Source of the DNA: an uncultured Stakelama sp.
GTDB lineage: Bacteria > Pseudomonadota > Alphaproteobacteria > Sphingomonadales > Sphingomonadaceae
Assembly: GCA_964521615.1 (NCBI GenBank)
Contig: CAZFTL010000003.1
Coordinates: forward strand, 240,332-304,331
Length of the DNA: 64,000 nt
Direction of reading: 5' to 3'
Positions 46,765 to 56,376 of the stretch are shown one piece after another. The notes below the pieces were generated by a model. That model was not told the DNA's origin. It made no database searches and worked only from the letters and a program-made list of their open reading frames with translations. The number at the start of each line of letters is the position of its first letter. Positions within the stretch are counted from its first letter, which is position 1. A program made the position numbers and the translations under genes.

Positions 46765-46801
46765 ATAGCGGGCGCCGGCGCCAGGCCGTCACCGCAAACA
46801 A

Positions 46802-47458
46802 CTAGCGCGTGGCGTTGTACTTCAGCTGATCGTCGGTGAGCTGGAAGCCGACCAAAGCCTCGAACGTCGCGCGGAGCACGGCGTTGCGGACGTCGGGCGC
46901 GCTCAGCGGGTCGACCGCGGCGGATTCGCTACCGGCCTTGCGCTTATCGGTGATGCGGCGCTTGACCTCGTCAGACAGCGTGGCGGCCGAGCGATCGACG
47001 CTGGCCGAGGCCGAGCCGCTGGTGCTGGCGCGGGTCTGGCCGGCGTCGAAGTGCACGACGACCCTGCCGATTCGCTTGGCGACGACGGCACTGCCGCCCT
47101 GAACCACGGTAATGAAATACGGCAAGGTCACGTCACGCGGACCATCCGCGCGACTGCGGCGGGCGAGCACCGTGAAGGTGACGTTGGTGATCACCTGCGC
47201 GCTTTCGCCGTCGTTATTGCAGGTCGAGCGCACGTCGGTCATCGCGGCGACCACGTCGATCGCGGTGGCGTCGCGGCTGGTCGCCGGGTCGAACAAGGTG
47301 AGGTCGCCGGTCCCGGCAGGCACGCCGACGGTCGGACATGGCGTACGCACCGCGGTGACACCCGCGCCCGCCGCCGAAATATCGAGTTCGCCCCGGCTGG
47401 CACAACCGCCCAGGACCAGCATGAGAGCGATCGGAGCGGCAAGAAAGCGAGGTGACAC
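46802..47458 (-). CDS. Lipoprotein of unknown function
   Basis: GTG 47458. Signal plus lipobox (IALMLVLGGCAS). The upstream 50 codons of the track ORF are Arg/Cys-rich and were rejected. Confidence 0.55.
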   Translation of the reverse strand: MSPRFLAAPIALMLVLGGCASRGELDISAAGAGVTAVRTPCPTVGVPAGTGDLTLFDPATSRDATAIDVVAAMTDVRSTCNNDGESAQVITNVTFTVLARRSRADGPRDVTLPYFITVVQGGSAVVAKRIGRVVVHFDAGQTRASTSGSASASVDRSAATLSDEVKRRITDKRKAGSESAAVDPLSAPDVRNAVLRATFEALVGFQLTDDQLKYNATR

Positions 47459-47650
47459 TGGCGGCAGACCTTTTCGACACGGGAAGGGGCCGCGGCACGC
47501 GCCATGGCCCCTGACCCTCACATAAAGCGGCGGGCACCATAGGGGGCGATCCCGACGGCGGCAACTGCCGTGACGCCGCGGGCGAAACGGTCCGGCGCAT
47601 CGCGGCAAAGCGCCTTTGCCTCAGGCCAGCAATCGCGTAGAGCCGCCGCC

Positions 47651-48607
47651 ATGGCACCCGCCCAGAAAAAGGTTCTCGAGCTGCTGATCGCGGCACCGCG
47701 CGGTTTTTGCGCCGGCGTCGATCGCGCCATCCGGATCGTCGAACTGGCGATCGAGAAGTACGGCGCGCCGGTCTATGTCCGGCACGAGATCGTCCATAAC
47801 AAGTTCGTCGTCGACACGTTGAGGGCAAAGGGCGCGATCTTCGTCGAGGAACTCGATCAGGTTCCCGATGGCGTGCCCGTCGTCTTCAGCGCCCATGGCG
47901 TGCCGAAGGCGGTGCCGGCCAAGGCAGCCGAACGCGGCCTTTCCTATCTCGATGCGACCTGCCCCCTGGTCAGCAAAGTGCATCGCCAGGCCGAGCGGCT
48001 GGTCGCCTCGGGCAGGCATATCGTGTTCATCGGTCATGCCGGTCATCCCGAAGTCATCGGCACGTTCGGACAAGTGCCAGAGGGATCCATGACGCTGATC
48101 GAGACCGTCGCCGACGTCGCCGATTTTGCGCCGGCCGATCCCGGAAACCTGTCGTTTCTGACCCAGACCACCTTGTCGGTGGACGATACGGCAGAAGTCG
48201 TGGCGGCGCTGAAGGCGAAGTTCCCGGCGGTCCAGGCACCGCGCGGCGAGGACATCTGCTACGCGACGTCCAATCGTCAGGCCGCGGTCAAGGCGATCGC
48301 GTGCGCATGCGACGCGATGCTGGTGCTCGGCGCGCCCAATTCCTCCAATTCGCTGCGTCTGGTCGAAGTGGCGAGACGTCAAGGCATCCCGGCCAAACTG
48401 GTCCAGCGCGCTGCCGACCTCGACTGGAAGTTCCTCGACGGCGTCGCCACGCTGGGCATCACCGCCGGCGCCTCGGCCCCCGAGGAACTGGTCCGCGAAC
48501 TGATCGACCGATTGGCCGAGCGATTCGACGTGACCGAACGCGAAGTCGAGACCACGCGGGAAAACATCATCTTCAAGCTCCCGCGCGGGCTCGAGGCGGC
48601 GGCGTGA
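47651..48607 (+). CDS. ispH: 4-hydroxy-3-methylbut-2-enyl diphosphate reductase
   Basis: ATG 47651. [13 protein letters not shown]...HEIVHN...[10 protein letters not shown]...CYATSNRQ contains the three Fe-S Cys regions. Confidence 0.95.
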   Translation: MAPAQKKVLELLIAAPRGFCAGVDRAIRIVELAIEKYGAPVYVRHEIVHNKFVVDTLRAKGAIFVEELDQVPDGVPVVFSAHGVPKAVPAKAAERGLSYLDATCPLVSKVHRQAERLVASGRHIVFIGHAGHPEVIGTFGQVPEGSMTLIETVADVADFAPADPGNLSFLTQTTLSVDDTAEVVAALKAKFPAVQAPRGEDICYATSNRQAAVKAIACACDAMLVLGAPNSSNSLRLVEVARRQGIPAKLVQRAADLDWKFLDGVATLGITAGASAPEELVRELIDRLAERFDVTEREVETTRENIIFKLPRGLEAAA

Positions 48608-48614
48608 CCAGCCC

Positions 48615-48685
48615 CGTCACCCCGGCGAAAGCTGGGGACTCCGGCAATATCGCACATCACGGGATCCCGGCAATCGCCCGGACGG
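48615..48685. repeat. Family-B2-related element (one good arm)
   Basis: CGTCACCCCGGCGAAAGCTGGGGAC, followed by a degenerate partner (...GGGATCCCGGCAATCGCCCGGACGG). Confidence 0.45.
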
Positions 48686-48697
48686 CCAGCTAGAATC

Positions 48698-49666
48698 ATG
48701 GCGGTCTACACTCACGTCTCGGCCGAGGCGCTGGAGCAATTCCTCGCGCGCTACGACGTCGGCGAACTCGTCTCGGCCAAGGGCATCGCCGAGGGCGTCG
48801 AAAATTCGAACTATCTGGTCGACACGACCCGGGGCCGCTACATCCTGACGCTCTACGAAAAGCGCGTCGATGCCGGTGACCTGCCCTATTTCATGGCGCT
48901 GCTCGATCACCTCGCGGCGAAAGGTTTGCCGGTACCGCCGGCGATCAAGGATCGGCAGGGCATCGAGATTCAGGAGTTGCAGGGTCGCCCGGCCTGCCTG
49001 ATCAAATTTTTGCCCGGCGTGTCGATTTCCCATCCAACCGAGGCGCAGGCGCGCGCGGCCGGTGCCGCGCTCAGTGGCATGCACCGCGCCGTTGCCGATT
49101 TCGCACCGGTCCGCCCCAATTCCATGGGTATCGAGACCTGGGAGCCGCTCTGGAAGAAGTGTGGCAAGAATCTGGACAACATTCGTCCAGGCCTCCACGA
49201 CGATCTCGGAGTCGCTATCCGCGATATCCTGTCGACGTGGAACGCCGATGGATTCGATCAGTGCGCGATCCATGCCGACCTGTTTCCCGACAACGTGCTG
49301 ATGCTGGGCGACAAGGTCAGCGGGCTGATCGACTTCTATTTCGCCTGCACCGACGTGCGCATTTACGACCTGGCGATCATGCACACGGCCTGGGCGTTCG
49401 ACGGCAGCGGCCGACACTATGACGCGCGAATCGGCGACGCGCTCATCGCCGGCTACGAGACGAACCTGCCGCTATCCGATGATGAGCGGCGGTCGCTCTG
49501 GTCGTTTGCCAGCGGCGCCTGCATTCGGTTCACGCTTTCGCGGGCCTGGGACTGGCTCAATACGCCCGCCGACGCGCTGGTGACTCGTAAGGATCCACTG
49601 GCATTTTGGCGGCGGCTCAACGTCTATGATCCCAACCTCGCCAGCGTGCTCAAATCCCTGGCATGA
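48698..49666 (+). CDS. thrB: Homoserine kinase, APH-fold type II
   Basis: [41 protein letters not shown]... and the catalytic [11 protein letters not shown]. Confidence 0.9.
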   Translation: MAVYTHVSAEALEQFLARYDVGELVSAKGIAEGVENSNYLVDTTRGRYILTLYEKRVDAGDLPYFMALLDHLAAKGLPVPPAIKDRQGIEIQELQGRPACLIKFLPGVSISHPTEAQARAAGAALSGMHRAVADFAPVRPNSMGIETWEPLWKKCGKNLDNIRPGLHDDLGVAIRDILSTWNADGFDQCAIHADLFPDNVLMLGDKVSGLIDFYFACTDVRIYDLAIMHTAWAFDGSGRHYDARIGDALIAGYETNLPLSDDERRSLWSFASGACIRFTLSRAWDWLNTPADALVTRKDPLAFWRRLNVYDPNLASVLKSLA

Positions 49667-50112
49667 CCGAACTCAGCCATGTCGAGATCGCGACGGACGG
49701 CGCGTGCAAGGGCAATCCCGGCCCGGGCGGCTGGGGCGTGGTGTTGCGCATGGGTACGACCGAGAAGGAATTGTCGGGCGGCGAGAAGCTGACCACCAAC
49801 AACCGCATGGAACTGACCGCGGCCATCGAGGGGCTGAACGCGCTCAAGCGCCCTTGCCGCGTCACCCTGTCGACCGACAGCCGCTACGTGATGGACGGCC
49901 TGACCAAATGGATTCACGGCTGGCGGCGAAACGGCTGGAAGACATCGGACAAAAAGCCGGTCAAGAACGCCGAATTGTGGCAGGCGCTGATCGAGGCGGC
50001 GGCGCCGCATCGGGTCGACTGGGTCTGGGTGAAGGGCCATGCCGGCCATCCCGACAACGAGCGGGCTGACCGGCTGGCGAGCGACGCGGCGGTCGCTGCG
50101 TCGAAGACCTGA
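49663..50112 (+). CDS. rnhA: Ribonuclease HI
   Basis: [19 protein letters not shown]...[15 protein letters not shown]...[14 protein letters not shown]. Confidence 0.95.
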   Translation: MTELSHVEIATDGACKGNPGPGGWGVVLRMGTTEKELSGGEKLTTNNRMELTAAIEGLNALKRPCRVTLSTDSRYVMDGLTKWIHGWRRNGWKTSDKKPVKNAELWQALIEAAAPHRVDWVWVKGHAGHPDNERADRLASDAAVAASKT

Positions 50113-50289
50113 TTAGCTGTTGTCGACGACGTCCGCGTCCGGACCGTTCTTCTTGATCGAATCGATCGCATTCTGGGCGCTCGACTTGCTCGAATAGCCC
50201 TCGGTCGAGAACATGATCTCGCTGTTGTACTTGAAGCGAACGCGGAACTCGCCGGCCTTGTCCTTGTAGATTTCGAACGTGTGAGCCAT
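50113..50289 (-). CDS. YegP (DUF1508) family small protein, 58 aa (below the ORF-track cutoff)
   Basis: Hand translation gives MAHTFEIYKDKAGEFRVRFKYNSEIMFSTEGYSSKSSAQNAIDSIKKNGPDADVVDNS. Strong RBS AAGAGGAGG 6 nt upstream of the ATG. Confidence 0.75.
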   Translation of the reverse strand: MAHTFEIYKDKAGEFRVRFKYNSEIMFSTEGYSSKSSAQNAIDSIKKNGPDADVVDNS

Positions 50290-50383
50290 CGGGGCCTCCT
50301 CTTTTGGCTGATCCAGGTTAACCGGAGCAGACCGGTAGCGCTAGGGCCGGGTTCGGCAAAGCCGACCCTTTTTGCCATCCCCG

Positions 50384-51466
50384 CTATCGAAACCGCGCGA
50401 CGTCGTAGCGACCGCGATCGATTCCCGCGACCAGAGGGTCGGGCGCCGTGCCGAGCAGCAGCGACGCCGCTACCAACGACGCCGCGGGCGCGGTCTGAAT
50501 GCCGAATCCGCCCTGCCCCGCACACCAGAAGAAATTCGGCACCGCATTGTCGAAACCATAGACCGGCAAGCGGTCCGGCGCGAAGCTGCGCAGGCCCGCC
50601 CAACTGCGCTCGACGCGCTCGATCTTCCAGTCGACGACATGTTCGAGCCGGTCGATGGCGATTGCGATATCGAGTTCCTCGGGCTGCACGTCGCCCGGCT
50701 CGCTCGGCACTTCGTCGTGCGGGCTCAGCCATATCCGCCCGCCCGATTCGGGTTTGAAATAGAAGTCGCCGCCGATATGCGCGACATGGGGCTGGTGGTC
50801 CGGAACCGGCGGATCGACCCGCAACTGTACCAGCGCGCGGCGCAACGGCCGGATGCCGATGGGGGCGACGCCGGCTATCGCCGCTACCTGGTCGACCCAT
50901 GCCCCCGCGGCGTTGACCAGCACCTTCGCGGCGAAACCGCCCGCCTCGGTTTCCAGTTGCCAGTTGCCCCCTTCCCGATGCGCTGCGGTGAGGGCGGCAT
51001 CGAGCACCACCTCCGCTCCGGCCCTTTTTGCGCGGGAAAGCGCCGCAGCGTGGAGCGCGGCAACGTCGATATAGGCACAGGTCGGTTCCCAAACCGCCAA
51101 CGTCCATTCGGGGCGCAGCCCCTGGATGCGCTCGCGCGGATCGACCAGCGACAGATCGACGCCCGTCCCCGCAAATTGCTCCAGCATCGCGTCGATCTGA
51201 TCGCGCTCCTGCTCGCGGCTGATATGCAGCGAGCCCAAGGGCTGCAGAAATCCCCCCGCGTCGAGCAGCGCGCGCGACGCGGCAGTCAGCGGCTGGACAC
51301 CGGGTCCGCCATAGGTCTCTTCCCAGAACGCCGCCGAACGGCCGGTGGCGTGATAGCCCGCCACGTCTTCCGCCTCGAGGATCAGGACGGTCGCGTGGGG
51401 CGCGACTTCGGCGGCGAGCGCGGCGCCGGCGATCCCGGCACCGACAATGGCGATATCGTAGGTCAT
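50384..51466 (-). CDS. FAD-dependent oxidoreductase (DAO family)
   Basis: MTYDIAIVGAGIAGAALA...ILEAED dinucleotide fold. 360 aa. Confidence 0.85.
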   Translation of the reverse strand: MTYDIAIVGAGIAGAALAAEVAPHATVLILEAEDVAGYHATGRSAAFWEETYGGPGVQPLTAASRALLDAGGFLQPLGSLHISREQERDQIDAMLEQFAGTGVDLSLVDPRERIQGLRPEWTLAVWEPTCAYIDVAALHAAALSRAKRAGAEVVLDAALTAAHREGGNWQLETEAGGFAAKVLVNAAGAWVDQVAAIAGVAPIGIRPLRRALVQLRVDPPVPDHQPHVAHIGGDFYFKPESGGRIWLSPHDEVPSEPGDVQPEELDIAIAIDRLEHVVDWKIERVERSWAGLRSFAPDRLPVYGFDNAVPNFFWCAGQGGFGIQTAPAASLVAASLLLGTAPDPLVAGIDRGRYDVARFR

Positions 51467-52407
51467 TGCGGCGTTCTTGCCGACAGGAAGGAGTCGATCT
51501 CCGCCAGCGCGCGATCGCGCACCGCGTCGACCTCGCGAAGGATTTCATGGGCGGATTCCTTGCCGAAGCGGATCAGCCTGGCATCGGTCAGCCTGCCCGC
51601 GATCGCCACCGCATCGGCGGCGCGGACGAGCTTGTCATGGTCGGCAACCAGCATCAGCACCGGCGCCTTGACCATCTTCAGCCGTCTGCTCGCCCGCAGG
51701 CGTCGCGTCGATTCGAACGCGCGCACGACCCAGCGCCAACTCGGCGGTCCGAGCCTGATCTCCGGCTTCTGCTCCCACCACCAGGGTTCGTCCGAATAGC
51801 GGTCGGGATCATGGGTCAATAGCGACAGGCGGCTGTCGGTCGTGCCGGGCTTCTCGTTCGACTTCCAAGCGCGGCGCCGCGGATTGCCCAGCCGCATCAT
51901 GATCTCCGCGAGGCGCTCGCCGAACCCGGCACTGATCGGGGCGTGCAACCCCATCATCGGCGCAACCAGCACCGCGGCGTCGGGTTCGGCGAGCACCTTG
52001 GCAAGAGCGCGGCAGACCAGATGCCCGCCCATCGAATGCCCCATCGCGACATGCGGCGCCGGCGTCGCCGCGGCCCAATCGCGCCAGAAGGCGCCATAAT
52101 CGTCGAGATAGGTGCCGAAGCGATCGATGTCGCCGACATGGGGATCGTCGGTCATCCGACCCGACCCGCCCTGCCCGCGCCAGTCGAACGAGGTCACTCC
52201 CCAGCCCTGGTCGTGCCAGTGACGGAAGGTCTCCAGATATTTCTCGAAAATGTCGCCGCGGCCGCCCTGGAACAGGATCGATCCGCGCGGAACGGGGGCC
52301 GAAGACGGCCAGTCGAACCGACGCAATTGCCAGCCGTCGGGCGCGGACCAGAAGGAGATCGTGCTGCCGTCGGGATAGGTACGGCGCGCATTTTCCGAAG
52401 ATGCCAT
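51463..52407 (-). CDS. Alpha/beta hydrolase (lysophospholipase-like)
   Basis: Nucleophile elbow MGHSMGGH. Overlaps the start of the oxidoreductase gene. Confidence 0.8.
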   Translation of the reverse strand: MASSENARRTYPDGSTISFWSAPDGWQLRRFDWPSSAPVPRGSILFQGGRGDIFEKYLETFRHWHDQGWGVTSFDWRGQGGSGRMTDDPHVGDIDRFGTYLDDYGAFWRDWAAATPAPHVAMGHSMGGHLVCRALAKVLAEPDAAVLVAPMMGLHAPISAGFGERLAEIMMRLGNPRRRAWKSNEKPGTTDSRLSLLTHDPDRYSDEPWWWEQKPEIRLGPPSWRWVVRAFESTRRLRASRRLKMVKAPVLMLVADHDKLVRAADAVAIAGRLTDARLIRFGKESAHEILREVDAVRDRALAEIDSFLSARTPQ

Positions 52408-52456
52408 GGACGCTGGTTACTTTTTGGAAAGCCATGCCGTCTAGGTCTGTGATCCG

Positions 52457-52927
52457 ATGGGCTGGGGATTTCTGCCATTCGCACTCGGGGGAGTGCTCGT
52501 TCTGATCCTGCTTTCGGCGGGTATCGAGGATGCACGCACGCGGGAGATCGCCAATTGGAAGAATGCGGCGATCGCGTTGATGGCACCCGCCTGGTGGTGG
52601 GCGCAAGGCTATGGCTGGAGCGACATCGCCTGGCAGATCGGCATCGCGATCGGCGTGTTCGCGCTGTTCGCGGCGGCGTTCAACTTCGGCTGGATGGGCG
52701 GCGGCGACGTCAAGATGATCGGCGCGCTCGCTCTCTGGCTGCCGGGCCAGGGCCTTTTGTTCATGCTGATGGTCATGTCGATCATCGGCGGCGTGCTGAC
52801 CTTGATCATGATGTTCGACCATTGGCGCCGCAAGGCGCCGGGTGCGGTCGAGACGCCCTACGGCGTCGCGATCGCCATGGCATCGATGGTCGCGCTCGGT
52901 GAACCGATATTTAACCACTTTGCGTGA
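52457..52927 (+). CDS. cpaA: A24 family prepilin peptidase
   Basis: Multi-TM 156-aa protein with the two Asp boxes (AGIEDARTREI and GGGDVKMIGAL). Confidence 0.8.
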   Translation: MGWGFLPFALGGVLVLILLSAGIEDARTREIANWKNAAIALMAPAWWWAQGYGWSDIAWQIGIAIGVFALFAAAFNFGWMGGGDVKMIGALALWLPGQGLLFMLMVMSIIGGVLTLIMMFDHWRRKAPGAVETPYGVAIAMASMVALGEPIFNHFA

Positions 52928-52977
52928 ATTAACGGCGATCAAACCGGGGTCATCGCCACAACGGGGCATGAAGCGAC

Positions 52978-54012
52978 ATGGATAGTCGGAAGATCATTTT
53001 GCTGGTTGGCGCGCTCTTCGTCGCCGCCATCACCGCGTTCATGGCGCGCAGCCTGATCGCAGGATCGGGTGCGCCCGTGGCCTCCGCCCAGGCACCCGTG
53101 CCGACGGTCGAGACCGGGCCCGAAGTGCTCGTCGCGACAAAGGCGTTGCCGGTGGGCACCATCCTCGATCCAAGCAGCTTCAAGTTTCAGCCCTGGCCCA
53201 AGGAGCTGGTCGAGAACGCCTATTACATCAAGAAGGACGGCTTCGATCCGAAGAGCCTGCAGGGCACGGTCGTGCGTTCGGTGATCACCGCCGGCCAGCC
53301 GCTGACCCAGGGTGCCCTGGTCAAGCCGGGCGATCGCGGCTTTCTCGCTGCGGCGCTGACACCGGGCATGCGCGCTGTCACCTTCCCGATCCGCAACGAG
53401 AATTCGGTCGCGGGCTTCGTATTCCCTGGCGACCATGTCGACCTGATGCTGTCGCAGACGGTGACGGGTGGCGGCGACGGCCCGCCACTCAAGGTCGCCG
53501 AGACGATCATGAAGAATCTGCGCGTGCTGGCGACCGACCAGCGCACGACGACCGATGTCGACGATCAGGGCAAGACCGTGGTCCGCAACATCTCGATGGT
53601 CACGATCGAGGCGACGCCGGCGATCGCGGAGAAGATCTCCGTCGCTCGCACGCTGGGCGACCTCTCGCTGGTACTGCGTCCGCTCGCCGACTCGGCATCC
53701 GAACTGGACGAGGCGATCGCCGACGGCTCGGTGAAGGTGCCGGACAGCAAGGACCCGGCCGCCGAAAAGGCGATGCTCGCCGAGGCCGATTCGCAGCCGA
53801 TCGCCGGCAAGAGCACGTTCGCTACCGGCGCCGACGTATCGCGTTTCCAGCGCCGCACGGTGCCCGGAAAGGCTGAACCGACCACTCCCGCCGGTGCGGC
53901 GGGAACCAACGGCTATCCCGGCGGCGTGCCGGCCAATGCCGGTCCCGTGGTGCGTATCGTCCGCGGGAGCGCAGTGACCGAGGTACCGACCGGTCTTGGG
54001 GGGAAGAAGTGA
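52978..54012 (+). CDS. cpaB: Flp pilus assembly protein CpaB
   Basis: N-terminal TM, SAF-like region (VLVATKALPVGTILD) and RcpC-type beta region. Positioned before the secretin. Confidence 0.85.
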   Translation: MDSRKIILLVGALFVAAITAFMARSLIAGSGAPVASAQAPVPTVETGPEVLVATKALPVGTILDPSSFKFQPWPKELVENAYYIKKDGFDPKSLQGTVVRSVITAGQPLTQGALVKPGDRGFLAAALTPGMRAVTFPIRNENSVAGFVFPGDHVDLMLSQTVTGGGDGPPLKVAETIMKNLRVLATDQRTTTDVDDQGKTVVRNISMVTIEATPAIAEKISVARTLGDLSLVLRPLADSASELDEAIADGSVKVPDSKDPAAEKAMLAEADSQPIAGKSTFATGADVSRFQRRTVPGKAEPTTPAGAAGTNGYPGGVPANAGPVVRIVRGSAVTEVPTGLGGKK

Positions 54013-55721
54013 TGCAAGCGTCCAACGTACTGAACCGCGTCGTAGCGGCGACGGTCGCGACCGCGCTGGTCGCGATGCCGGTCGAAGCGGCGGGAGCCCC
54101 GCAGGCGGCGCGCCGCGCGCCAGCCCGGCCGGTCAAGCCGGTCCGCGTCGGCGGCCTGCCAGCCGGCACGCAGCGCCCGACCACGGAGGTCCTGCTGTCG
54201 ACCGGCCAGGGGCAGGTCGTCACGCTGCCGGTCGATGCCGCCGATGTCTGGGTCGCCAATCCCAACGTCGCCGATGTCGATGTCAGCAACCCGCGCCAGA
54301 TTCGGCTGTTCGGCAAGGATTATGGCGAGACCACGGTGTTCGTCACCGCGGCGAACGGCCGCGTCATCTATTCGACCAATGTCCGCGTCGCGCAGAATCT
54401 GACATCGATCGACCGCATGATGAAGGCGGCCATGCCGGACGCCGACATCAAGGTCATCACCGTCGGCCAGCTCGCCGTGCTGACGGGCACCGTCGCGGCG
54501 CCCGCCGACGTCGCGCAGGCGCAGCAGATCGTGACCGCCCTGCTCAACCCGGGCGTGGACATCACCAGCCCCTCGGCCCAGCTCAAGATCGCGGTGATCA
54601 ACCGGCTGCGCACGGCTACGCCGCTGCAAGTCAACCTGCAGGTCAAGATCGCCGAGGTCAGCAAGACGTTCGCCAAGAATATCGGCAGCAATCTCAGCAC
54701 GATCGATGGCACCGGCGGCTTCAAGTTCGGCATCGCCAACGGCCGCTCGATCGCGACCACCGCCAATACGGATCCCAACCTGCCGCTGAGCGTCGGGCTC
54801 GGTACGGTGACCGGCTATACCCGCGATCCGATTACCGGCAACATCGTCCAGGCGCCGGGCACGGCGATTCAGCCGGGCGCGCAGACCACTACCATTGGTG
54901 GCCTCGGCAAGCTGTTCGGGCTGGACATCCTGGGCGCGCTCGACCTCGGTGAGACCGACGGCCAGGTGACGACGCTCGCCAATCCGAATCTGACCGCGCT
55001 GTCGGGCGAGACCGGTTCGTTCCTCGCCGGTGGCGAGATTCCCATCCCGGTCAGCCAGGGCCTCGGCGCGGTGTCGGTCGAGTACAAGCAATATGGCGTC
55101 AGCCTGTCCTACACGCCGACGGTGCTGGCCGACGGCCGCATCTCGATGCGCGTCCGGCCCGAAGTGTCGGAGCTGTCCTCCGCCGGTGCGGTGACGATTG
55201 CCGGCACCACCATTCCGGCGCTGACGACCCGGCGCGCGGAAACGACCATCGAGCTCGGCTCGGGCCAATCGATGGTGATCGGCGGCCTGCTGCAGAATTC
55301 GACCGACAATCAGATCACCAAGACGCCCGGAATCGGTGACGTTCCCGTGCTCGGCTCGCTGTTCCGGTCGAATGGCTGGAAGCGCAACGAGACCGAACTG
55401 ATGATCGTCATCACGCCGTATCTGGTGAAGCCGGTCAACGCGAACGACGTCGTTCTGCCGACCGACGGCTACAAGGCGCCCACCGACCTCGGTCGCGTGT
55501 TCATGGGCCGCCTGGGTGAAGGCACGTCGGGCGGCGATCGCCCCAAGCCGAGCATGGCGCCGTCGACGACCGCCGGCCCGGCGCTCGGTGCCAGCGCGCC
55601 CGTCCCGGCCGCGCCGACGACGCCGCAGCCCGCCACCGACCCGGCGACCGCCGACAAGAAGGCGCTGCCGCCCAAGAAGTCGAAGGGCGATGAGCCCGCC
55701 ACTCCCGGTTTCAGCCTGTAA
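54009..55721 (+). CDS. cpaC: Tad secretin (type II/III secretion system family) CpaC/RcpA
   Basis: BON-like N-domain and secretin core (...LANPNLTALSGETGSFLAGGEIPIP...GIGDVPVLGSLFRS...ELMIVITPYLV). Confidence 0.9.
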   Translation: MMQASNVLNRVVAATVATALVAMPVEAAGAPQAARRAPARPVKPVRVGGLPAGTQRPTTEVLLSTGQGQVVTLPVDAADVWVANPNVADVDVSNPRQIRLFGKDYGETTVFVTAANGRVIYSTNVRVAQNLTSIDRMMKAAMPDADIKVITVGQLAVLTGTVAAPADVAQAQQIVTALLNPGVDITSPSAQLKIAVINRLRTATPLQVNLQVKIAEVSKTFAKNIGSNLSTIDGTGGFKFGIANGRSIATTANTDPNLPLSVGLGTVTGYTRDPITGNIVQAPGTAIQPGAQTTTIGGLGKLFGLDILGALDLGETDGQVTTLANPNLTALSGETGSFLAGGEIPIPVSQGLGAVSVEYKQYGVSLSYTPTVLADGRISMRVRPEVSELSSAGAVTIAGTTIPALTTRRAETTIELGSGQSMVIGGLLQNSTDNQITKTPGIGDVPVLGSLFRSNGWKRNETELMIVITPYLVKPVNANDVVLPTDGYKAPTDLGRVFMGRLGEGTSGGDRPKPSMAPSTTAGPALGASAPVPAAPTTPQPATDPATADKKALPPKKSKGDEPATPGFSL

Positions 55722-55742
55722 CGCGCGAGGGACAGCCAGATC

Positions 55743-56375
55743 ATGCGTACGACCCTAATCGCCGCCCTCGCCGCCCCTGCGCTGATGCTCGGTGGCTGCG
55801 GCACGCTCAACCGCGGCGTCGACTCGATCAAGCAGCCGGTCGTCAGCCGCACCGACTATGTGTTCGACGCGCAATCGACCACGGCCGGTCTCGCCCCTGG
55901 CGAGGCGAACAGGGTCGCGGGATGGCTGGCCGCGATGAAGCTGCGCTACGGCGACGTCGTTTCGGTCGACGATCCCAACCCCTATGGTTCGCGGGCGCGC
56001 TCCGAGATCGCCACGATCGTCGAAAGCTACGGCCTGCGCCTGGCCGACCGCGCGCCGATCACCAATGCGCCGATGGCGGCCGGCATGGTCCGGGTCGTCC
56101 TTACCCGGGCGACGGCATCGGTGCCGGGCTGCCCCGATTTCACGCGCAGCGGATCGAGCGAGTTCGAAGGCAGCACGACGTCCAACTTCGGCTGCGCGAG
56201 CAACGCCACGATGGCCGCGATGGTCGCCAACCCGTTCGATCTGGTCCGCGGCCAGCCGGGCGCGGAGACGGCCGACCCGATCACCACGACGCGTGCCATC
56301 AATACCTATCGCAGCGCCACGCCCACGGGCGGCGGCGGTACCACAACCAAGTCCGAATCGACGGGAGGCAAGTAA
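55743..56375 (+). CDS. cpaD: CpaD family pilus assembly lipoprotein
   Basis: Lipobox LMLGGCG. Conserved CPDF...NFGCASNATMAAMVANPFDLVRG. Confidence 0.75.
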   Translation: MRTTLIAALAAPALMLGGCGTLNRGVDSIKQPVVSRTDYVFDAQSTTAGLAPGEANRVAGWLAAMKLRYGDVVSVDDPNPYGSRARSEIATIVESYGLRLADRAPITNAPMAAGMVRVVLTRATASVPGCPDFTRSGSSEFEGSTTSNFGCASNATMAAMVANPFDLVRGQPGAETADPITTTRAINTYRSATPTGGGGTTTKSESTGGK

Positions 56376-56376
56376 G

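Noticed and set aside
17955-48685. Possibility that the recurring GC hairpins form a CRISPR array
   Set aside because: The copies are kilobases apart, each is an inverted-repeat unit rather than a direct repeat with a spacer, and no cas genes are present.
49914-51548. 544-aa minus-strand ORF spanning yegP, the FAD oxidoreductase and the hydrolase junction
   Set aside because: It is out of frame with the oxidoreductase, which has a clean GxGxxG fold, and its product is extremely Arg/Ala-rich with no motifs.
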